The position numbers and the translations under genes are program-made. This document shows positions 27,544-34,830 of a stretch of DNA of 64,000 nucleotides, in pieces. This DNA is from a virus, in IMG/VR virus record IMGVR_UViG_3300012936_003490, positions 1 to 64,000 of that record, one strand, 5' to 3'. The notes under the pieces were generated by a model. The model was not told where the DNA came from, made no database searches, and saw only the letters and a list, made by a program, of their open reading frames with translations. Positions within the stretch are counted from its first letter, which is position 1, and each line of letters begins with the position of its first letter.

Positions 27544-28778
27544 TCAGTTAATTCCACACATGATAAATCATCGAAAGATTGACTTCGTTGTTCATCAAGT
27601 GTTGTTGACATATATTTAAGCTGATCACGTTTTTTATATTTTACGTCTGGTTCAATCTTTTTTGCCATCTCAACATAACGTTCAAATTCTTTAACTTGCC
27701 TACAGTCAGTATTTTGCCATTTTGTTAGAGTACATTCTAGTAAACTACTAGGTAAAAACTTTGCGGCAAGTTCACTGTCTTTAGGACGTAGATTTAAATT
27801 AAAGTCAATACGGGGTATGTAATTTTTCTTTAACAACCAAGGATACTTTTCTGTATAGGATTTTAATGTAGTATACAGTTCTGGATTATTATGCCAATTA
27901 TAGGCTGTTACTACTGTACTTGTTCTAACTCTAAAATGAGGATTTTCATACATTCTATGTTCATCTGCAAAAGCAAGAAACTCCATAAATCTTTCTTGCC
28001 ACTTACTCCACGTAAACGGATACCGAATATAGTCGTAGGTTTCATTGCATCCGTCAACACTTACATTTAGGTCGACACCCTTAAAATGTTTTAACCTTTC
28101 TAACACCGCACGAACAAACTTGGTTCCATTTGTAGTTATTAACAATCTAATATTTTTAGCAAAGTCATTGTCAATTGCATAATCAAGAACATCAAGAAAT
28201 TCTTTACTTATAAAAGGCTCACCACCTGTGACTTTTAGTACTTCAATTGTGTCTAACAATTCAATCACATATTCTTTACGTTTTTGGCTTACAGTTGCAG
28301 TGTCTTTCTGCTTGTAGTTTGTAAAAGATTTCCAATGCTCAGGCATAGGCTTTTCATTATCTCTGTACCAATCTATAGCTGAAACAAGTTGATTACTACT
28401 ACTTGGGTCACACATTCTACAAGCAAGATTACAAGTGTTATCAAAACGCAAATCTAAATATTTAATTTTTTCATCTGCGTCAGGATTAACAAACTCTTTA
28501 AATTTATCTACAGTGTAGGTGTGTCTAAAACTTAGTCCGTCGTTGCGCTCTCTTGCATAACAAACTTCGCAAGCAGGATGTTCTTTTCCTTGTTGCATGT
28601 ATGCCCGTATCTCGTCCATGCTTGTGCTTTCAAATGCTTGTTTTATACTGTTAGCATCATCTTTAAAATTAAAGTAACTTTCGCTGTTACAACAAGGACG
28701 ATAACCTCCGCCTACACTTCCGTTTACGTGTATCCAAGGAAGTATGCAAAATGTTTTACTATTTGTTGGTTGCTTCAT
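27531..28778 (-). CDS. radical SAM protein with N-terminal twitch-like domain
   Basis: CILPW...PCC...CEVC, CNLACRMC and TGGEPF. Confidence 0.9.
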   Translation of the reverse strand: MKQPTNSKTFCILPWIHVNGSVGGGYRPCCNSESYFNFKDDANSIKQAFESTSMDEIRAYMQQGKEHPACEVCYARERNDGLSFRHTYTVDKFKEFVNPDADEKIKYLDLRFDNTCNLACRMCDPSSSNQLVSAIDWYRDNEKPMPEHWKSFTNYKQKDTATVSQKRKEYVIELLDTIEVLKVTGGEPFISKEFLDVLDYAIDNDFAKNIRLLITTNGTKFVRAVLERLKHFKGVDLNVSVDGCNETYDYIRYPFTWSKWQERFMEFLAFADEHRMYENPHFRVRTSTVVTAYNWHNNPELYTTLKSYTEKYPWLLKKNYIPRIDFNLNLRPKDSELAAKFLPSSLLECTLTKWQNTDCRQVKEFERYVEMAKKIEPDVKYKKRDQLKYMSTTLDEQRSQSFDDLSCVELTEWLK

Positions 28779-29815
28779 CTTATCTTCTCTAATGTTTTTT
28801 TGTATTTTTTTAACATTTTAAGAGCAGATAGGTCTTCATGCTCTAAGTGAAGTTGCAAATATCTTGTTACAAATTGATTTTTTATTTTCTTAATAAACTT
28901 TTCTTTCTTGTTTTTTGGCAATATTTGTATATCTAAATAATAAGGCTGTTGTAAAATATCAAAACGTGTGGGAAAATACTTTCTACTAAATTCTAAATAA
29001 TTATTAATATTATGTATATTTAAATTATGAACTACAAAATGAAAAGATATTTCAATATTAGTGTGTTTTGCTTTAAAATCTTTCCACCATTTTATATTTT
29101 CGATTACTTTTTTCCAATTAGTTCCATACCTTACAAATTCTGCGGTTTTGCCTTCTCCATCTAAACTTATATCTACATTTAATTTTTTGCATTTGACAAA
29201 TATATTTTGCCATTCTTTATTAGGCTTTACACTACAATTTGTAACAATTTGTAAATTTATATTTTCTAATAATAAACTTTGTAAAAATTTGATATTCCTT
29301 GGCTCCATAAAAGGTTCTCCTCCAAGAATTTTTACCATCTCTACTTTCTTTAATTCTTGGGGAACAAAATCAAAGTCTGTATATACAACTTGCTTTTTTG
29401 GTTTGGCTTTATTTGCTCCTATTGAATTTACAGCATCAATATCTTTCCACCAAGTGGTGCTGTATGCCGCATCACATGTAACACAGGCAAAATTGCAACT
29501 ATTACTTAATCCAACTTCTATATATCTTATTTCAGGATTATTTTTGTTTATGTTACTAAAGTCTTGATTAGCTGTTTGTCTATAACTTTTCCTACCTAAC
29601 TTTTCATCTCTATAACATTTTTCACAACCTTTGATATATTCTCCTTTTAACATTTTATTCCTTAGCTCTGTCATCTTAGAACCATAAAAATAATCACGAG
29701 GAGATATCTTATCTATATATTCTTTATCAGAAAACCTACAGCAAGGTTTGTTCCTGCCACCTACATTTGTACAACTGTGGATAAAAGGTAACGGACAATA
29801 AGTTTTGTTTACCAT
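28775..29815 (-). CDS. radical SAM protein with N-terminal twitch-like domain
   Basis: CPLPF...PCC...CEKC, CNFACVTC and LGGEPF. Confidence 0.9.
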   Translation of the reverse strand: MVNKTYCPLPFIHSCTNVGGRNKPCCRFSDKEYIDKISPRDYFYGSKMTELRNKMLKGEYIKGCEKCYRDEKLGRKSYRQTANQDFSNINKNNPEIRYIEVGLSNSCNFACVTCDAAYSTTWWKDIDAVNSIGANKAKPKKQVVYTDFDFVPQELKKVEMVKILGGEPFMEPRNIKFLQSLLLENINLQIVTNCSVKPNKEWQNIFVKCKKLNVDISLDGEGKTAEFVRYGTNWKKVIENIKWWKDFKAKHTNIEISFHFVVHNLNIHNINNYLEFSRKYFPTRFDILQQPYYLDIQILPKNKKEKFIKKIKNQFVTRYLQLHLEHEDLSALKMLKKYKKTLEKIR

Positions 29816-31023
29816 ACCATTTCCTCAACTGACTTTCCAAAGACTTTAGAAAAATTTTGATTTTTAATAGTGTCAATTCTATGTGTATAATATATAAATG
29901 CATCTACATCTTTTTTAGATTCTCTTGAATTTTGTAAAGCATGTATAATCATATCTGCCATTTTAATTGCACCTTGACGTTGTAAACTTTTCTCCTGCGA
30001 AAATAGTTTTTTCCTAATTTTTCCAACATGTTTTATAAGATTGTTTTTTTGATTGTATAAAACATCTATGCCTAAATATGTAGGATACTGAACAAAACTA
30101 TGATGCAGTCTGTCTACCGGTAATAATAACATATCGTTAATAATATTTTCTAAATCTAAAATTTGATAAGGTGTTATTGTGTTAGTAGCTTCTAAAATTG
30201 TTTTTTTGTTTTTTTTCTTAAACGTTTGAATATTTGTGATTATATTCTCATATATCCCGTTCCTAAAATAATTATAAAGATTACTACCTCCATCTACACT
30301 AATTTTTATTTGTGATCTACCAAAGTTATTCATATATTCGCTTAGTTTTTCATAATCAACAGGAGTGTTAAAATTGCTAACAATATTCACCCAAATTTTA
30401 TTTCTATTTGGGTGTGCTTGTATGCCTTCTAAAAATTGCCAAAATTGTTTTTGATATAAAGGTTCGCCACCTCCAACATCTATTCTTTTAAGGTTAGGAC
30501 AGTTTTGTATCAAATCAGTTACAAGATCATTTACTTGTTCTTTAGTCCATGATTGATTAGGCCACTGCCTTACCAAATTCTTTATGTCATGTGTGTAATC
30601 ATCTGGCACACGTTCTACTCGTTTTAAAATACTGTTCCATTTACTTGAATAATCAGGAGCACAGTGTCTACAACTAAGGTTACATGCATTACTAAATCTT
30701 ATCTCTATGTATTCAATATTACGTTGTTTAATTTTATTTTGACGATTCAACTTCGTAACCATTTTTTGATTTTGATTACTTTTTTGTCTATAACTTTCTT
30801 GTCCCCTTGATTCTTGATCTTGACAACTTTTACAATGCTCTGGCCAGACACCTTTTGCAAGTGATTGTCTTATTGCTCTAAAATTATCATTATTGATAAA
30901 TTTGCTAGGAGCTACACCTTCAGATATGTTTGCTAGAGAGCCTGTGCCTCTAGGACACATTGTAATTCTATCGTCAGGTTTAAAGTTTACGGCATGAAGT
31001 GCAAAATAACAAGGCAATTTCAT
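29809..31023 (-). CDS. radical SAM protein with N-terminal twitch-like domain (CP in place of CC)
   Basis: CNLSCRHC, GGGEPL; N-terminal C...MCP...CKSC. Confidence 0.9.
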   Translation of the reverse strand: MKLPCYFALHAVNFKPDDRITMCPRGTGSLANISEGVAPSKFINNDNFRAIRQSLAKGVWPEHCKSCQDQESRGQESYRQKSNQNQKMVTKLNRQNKIKQRNIEYIEIRFSNACNLSCRHCAPDYSSKWNSILKRVERVPDDYTHDIKNLVRQWPNQSWTKEQVNDLVTDLIQNCPNLKRIDVGGGEPLYQKQFWQFLEGIQAHPNRNKIWVNIVSNFNTPVDYEKLSEYMNNFGRSQIKISVDGGSNLYNYFRNGIYENIITNIQTFKKKNKKTILEATNTITPYQILDLENIINDMLLLPVDRLHHSFVQYPTYLGIDVLYNQKNNLIKHVGKIRKKLFSQEKSLQRQGAIKMADMIIHALQNSRESKKDVDAFIYYTHRIDTIKNQNFSKVFGKSVEEMVW

Positions 31024-31775
31024 TTTATATTACCTATGTGATTATATAAAAATCTTGCTAGTTCAGTATGTCCTTCTTCTAACGGGTGGTTATCAGGGCC
31101 AATTGAGTAATTCTTATCTTGGCACCATTCTAAGATTCCTTGTTCTCCTAGTGGCCATATATTTTTATTCAGATCAATACATCCGTATGTGTCTATTATT
31201 TCTTTTGTAATATGATTTGGATACCTTTTGTTCCTGCATTTTTCTATCGTGCGATTAATATCATCAAATGTATGATGGTTCATTGTTAACATAACGTAAG
31301 GAATATTGTAACTTTTCAATAACATTTGTGTATCTAATATATTATTCATAGTATAAAATGCACTGCAATGTTGAGAGAAATAAATTTGATGTTTGGCAAG
31401 ATGTTTGGTACTATCATTAGGAAGTTCACTCATCCTTATATCTACCCATTTCGCCATAGATTTTTCCTTCATAAACCTGGATGGCATAAGCGGAATATAG
31501 CCGGTATTATATTCGTTTGCTGGCCAATCTTTATTATATAATTCCCATCTACTAGTCGAACTCCATTGAATAACAGCTATCTTGACTTTGTCTTTATTTT
31601 TTATTATACTTCTAAGTGTAGTTCTTGCTATTCTTGCATTACTTGAACCTCCCATAGCATCGTTAAGATGACTAGGATATCCTAGAAGTTGTGTAAGGAT
31701 ATTACTATATCTACTCTGTCTTTTTTGTTGTAATTCATGTCCATCAGTATAACTGCATCCGTTTGCGTATAACAT
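31020..31775 (-). CDS. SGNH/GDSL-like protein
   Basis: LYANGCSYT, GGSSNARI, QWS...R and DNHP. Probable start is ATG 31775 in a TAATG overlap. Confidence 0.7.
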   Translation of the reverse strand: MLYANGCSYTDGHELQQKRQSRYSNILTQLLGYPSHLNDAMGGSSNARIARTTLRSIIKNKDKVKIAVIQWSSTSRWELYNKDWPANEYNTGYIPLMPSRFMKEKSMAKWVDIRMSELPNDSTKHLAKHQIYFSQHCSAFYTMNNILDTQMLLKSYNIPYVMLTMNHHTFDDINRTIEKCRNKRYPNHITKEIIDTYGCIDLNKNIWPLGEQGILEWCQDKNYSIGPDNHPLEEGHTELARFLYNHIGNIK

Positions 31776-32833
31776 TATAATTCCTGCATTCCTATGTGCT
31801 TGCCTATAGGTATACTTTTCTTTGAGCATTGTTTTATACATGTAGACAAGCACCCATTCTCAAAAGAATATTTTTCACTCCAACTATTGACTAAGGCATC
31901 TGAATAATATTCACCTGCTATTATATCATCTAAGTTGTATTTGTGAAGACTGTTAAAACCTACTCCGTATTTTAAAAAAACTTTATTTTGCATCTCAGTA
32001 TAATAGGTGTATCCTCTTGTCAAAGGATTTGATACAAAGCAACACGGCCAAATTGCACCGTTGTAATCTAAAAACATTTTCTTTTCTTGTCGGAAGTGAC
32101 AATCTATATCAATTTCGTTACCGTAGCTTGCAACCAAATTATCAACACTAGATATATCTAATCTTTTACTAGCTCTATTTGGTACAGTTTTAATTCTGTT
32201 ACGAAAAGCCATTGCATTTACTATACCATTTTCACTGTATGTAGATCTATCTCTTCTAAGTACAAAACGTTTCATGCCTATTTTTTTTGCAATTTTTTTA
32301 CAACGCTTAACATCTTTTTTGTTCCAAGGAAATTCTAACATTTGCCATAATGCAGATCCTCCTGCTTTTATAAAAATTTCTGCATGACTTATTATATCAT
32401 CCCAATTTTCTACACCACGATACAAAAAATGATTTTCTTGCATTCCGTCAATGCTAAATCTAACCATATGTTGCGGATGCCTACATAATTTCTCGGCAAG
32501 CTCAACGTAAAATTTATTACTACGCAAACTTCCGTTCGTGTGTATGCTTACAGTGCATTGAGGATTGTATGTATAGATAGTGTCTAGTATATCTAAGAAA
32601 TATTTATGAGCCAAGGGTTCATCTACTGTACCGCAAAATTCAATTTCTTTAATTTGTCTTCCTACATCTGTATCAAATATGTTTTTGAAAACGTCTGTAG
32701 GCAAAAATTTAGTTCCTTCTTGCTTGAATAAAAATTTTGCATTAGGTGCAACCCTTACACAACCTTGACAATCTGCATTGCAAAAATTAGATATCTCTAC
32801 CTGTAATACATCTATCTGTGTCAAATACTTCAT
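31775..32833 (-). CDS. radical SAM protein with C-terminal SPASM/twitch-like domain
   Basis: CNADCQGC, EFCGTVDEP and PCC...CIKQC. Confidence 0.9.
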   Translation of the reverse strand: MKYLTQIDVLQVEISNFCNADCQGCVRVAPNAKFLFKQEGTKFLPTDVFKNIFDTDVGRQIKEIEFCGTVDEPLAHKYFLDILDTIYTYNPQCTVSIHTNGSLRSNKFYVELAEKLCRHPQHMVRFSIDGMQENHFLYRGVENWDDIISHAEIFIKAGGSALWQMLEFPWNKKDVKRCKKIAKKIGMKRFVLRRDRSTYSENGIVNAMAFRNRIKTVPNRASKRLDISSVDNLVASYGNEIDIDCHFRQEKKMFLDYNGAIWPCCFVSNPLTRGYTYYTEMQNKVFLKYGVGFNSLHKYNLDDIIAGEYYSDALVNSWSEKYSFENGCLSTCIKQCSKKSIPIGKHIGMQEL

Positions 32834-33912
32834 GTAAATTGTTCTGCATATGGATCAAATTCGCTTCCGCATTTTTGAGCGCAAACTCCTAATTTTCCTT
32901 GGGCAATACTTTCTTTTTTCCAACTATCTGATATGCTGTTAATTAATTTTCCATTAACAACTGTTTTAATATCATTATTGATAATATTTATACCCTGTTT
33001 TCCTCCTGCAAAATCTATATGATCCCAAATTTGTTCAACACGAGGATCATTATGCCACCATTTATACATTCGTCCAGCTGTCCAACAACATGGCATCAAA
33101 AGTCCTTCGGCAGTTACAAAAATACTACCTTGTTTTGCTACCTTACAAGTTACACTACATTTGTCTAGATAATTGGCCATACTACCGTAAGATTTTTCAA
33201 TCTCTTTTTGTTTAAGCAATGCAAGATTTTGATTTTGTTCTTGTGTTGGTTTTTGTAGTTTTTGTGTATCTGACCCTTTGCGATTTACAGCTTGATGTTC
33301 ATTTTTTGGTTTTATATCAGTTGTAATAAATCTGCCTGATTTCTTCTTTACAAACTTTTCACATCCCCATACTTTTGCAAGTGCTTCTGCTTGTTCAACT
33401 TGATGTTCGTTGTGCTGAAATATTAAATAATCCCATCGAGCTCTACCTCCGGCATCAATAAATGCTCGCATGTTGCGTTCTACATTGTCCCATACAACAT
33501 TCTGCCTGTACAAATGATTAGTGTCCCTAAGGCCGTCCACGCTGAAAATAACAGCACCCATCCTGCCAAAAACTTTGGCCAGTTCACGCCACCATGCTTC
33601 ATCTTTTGCTCCTGCATTTGTATTCATACTAAGCCACATGTTAGGGTTATGTGTTCTAAAATAACGAAAAACTTCAAGTGTATCTCGCGCTATTATAGGG
33701 TCTCCTAGGTTACCACACATATACATTGTTTTTAATTGTTTTATAAAAGAAGGTTTAAATATCTTAACGCAATCTTCGTGAGACAATTCTGCATTTGTAA
33801 TATGAGGGTTGTCTGCACCTCCATTCATATTGCGATCACACATAGGACATGCGGCTTGACAACGTTGGGTAATTTCTAAATGTACTTCTTTAATATCTTC
33901 GTATCTATACAT
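32830..33912 (-). CDS. radical SAM protein with C-terminal SPASM/twitch-like domain
   Basis: CQAACPMC, MCGNLGDP and PCC...CAQKC. Confidence 0.9.
   Translation of the reverse strand: MYRYEDIKEVHLEITQRCQAACPMCDRNMNGGADNPHITNAELSHEDCVKIFKPSFIKQLKTMYMCGNLGDPIIARDTLEVFRYFRTHNPNMWLSMNTNAGAKDEAWWRELAKVFGRMGAVIFSVDGLRDTNHLYRQNVVWDNVERNMRAFIDAGGRARWDYLIFQHNEHQVEQAEALAKVWGCEKFVKKKSGRFITTDIKPKNEHQAVNRKGSDTQKLQKPTQEQNQNLALLKQKEIEKSYGSMANYLDKCSVTCKVAKQGSIFVTAEGLLMPCCWTAGRMYKWWHNDPRVEQIWDHIDFAGGKQGINIINNDIKTVVNGKLINSISDSWKKESIAQGKLGVCAQKCGSEFDPYAEQFT
33480..33602 (-). CDS. overprinted +1-frame 40-aa single-pass membrane peptide nested in a radical SAM gene
   Basis: AGGAG-CAAAAG-ATG; MKHGGVNWPKFLAGWVLLFSAWTALGTLIICTGRMLYGTM*; host codons are locally G/C-ending. 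Confidence 0.6.
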   Translation of the reverse strand: MKHGGVNWPKFLAGWVLLFSAWTALGTLIICTGRMLYGTM

Positions 33913-34612
33913 ATTTCATATCTCTAAGAATAACTGGCCACAATTCCTTCCAAGTTTCTTTAGTAAAATGAGATCCATCCATGCAAAGACTTTCGTGATG
34001 TTCTAAACCATGTTTTTTACATATATAATTTCGTAAATCAACCTTTAAAACAAATGACATAGGTTTAGTCAACTTTTTGAAGTAAGGATAATTAAATACA
34101 TTTCTGAAGCCGTTTACTGACACCCAATTTACTACATGCCCTTGGTTTTTTAAATAACCGTCTATTATCGAGCACTTACATAGTATATCATCAAATTCTA
34201 ATCTTTCATTTGAAAAAACTTTAACTTTGCTAAGTGTACGAATTGCATTAGCTCCTCCAATAACTTTCTTTTTTCCGCTCCTTAATTGATCATCTATTGC
34301 TAACCAGTTGCCCATATCCTGTGTTTTGCTGTAAAAAAAAGAATAATCTTTTAAATCAAATTCTTTTTTGACAAAGTCTCCGTAATGATAATTATCTTCA
34401 TTTATCCATTCATGATATCTACCATTGCAAGGTATTTCGATAAGCCAAGTGTATTTGGATTGTTTATGCCTACTTATAAATTTGGCTATTCTTAAAAAAT
34501 ATGTATCTATACCATATCCGCTTATTGAAATATTATGTTTAAAATATAAATGTGCTTGTGGGTTATATTTAGGGGTAAAATGACTTGTCCCTATAAGTAC
34601 GTTAGTGTTCAT
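33905..34612 (-). CDS. hypothetical protein, possible SGNH-like
   Basis: N-terminal LIGTSH and C-terminal DGSH (DxxH). Confidence 0.5.
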   Translation of the reverse strand: MNTNVLIGTSHFTPKYNPQAHLYFKHNISISGYGIDTYFLRIAKFISRHKQSKYTWLIEIPCNGRYHEWINEDNYHYGDFVKKEFDLKDYSFFYSKTQDMGNWLAIDDQLRSGKKKVIGGANAIRTLSKVKVFSNERLEFDDILCKCSIIDGYLKNQGHVVNWVSVNGFRNVFNYPYFKKLTKPMSFVLKVDLRNYICKKHGLEHHESLCMDGSHFTKETWKELWPVILRDMKYV

Positions 34613-34830
34613 GGTAAAATCAACCTCACATCTTTTCCTGGGCCAGTTTTACTAGGCAAGTCACCGTATTTTCCCACATACCAGTCTATAACAGCAACAT
34701 ACCAGTTTTGACTGTTGTGATGTGCTTGTTTGTTAAATTGATATATGTTGTTATTAGTAGCTTGCATAGTGCTTAGAGCTCTAGCACTTTCTTGCTGTAA
34801 CTGTCTTAGTGATAATTTATTTGTGTCCAA
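34609..34830 (-). CDS. small hypothetical protein (73 aa)
   Basis: TTG start inside the 3' end of the glycosyltransferase gene; overlaps both neighbours in operon-like packing. Confidence 0.65.
   Translation of the reverse strand: MDTNKLSLRQLQQESARALSTMQATNNNIYQFNKQAHHNSQNWYVAVIDWYVGKYGDLPSKTGPGKDVRLILP

Noticed and set aside
17878-33912. Assigning gene symbols such as moaA, pqqE or queE to the radical SAM genes
   Set aside because: Family-specific motifs and partner genes are absent; only superfamily membership is supported.
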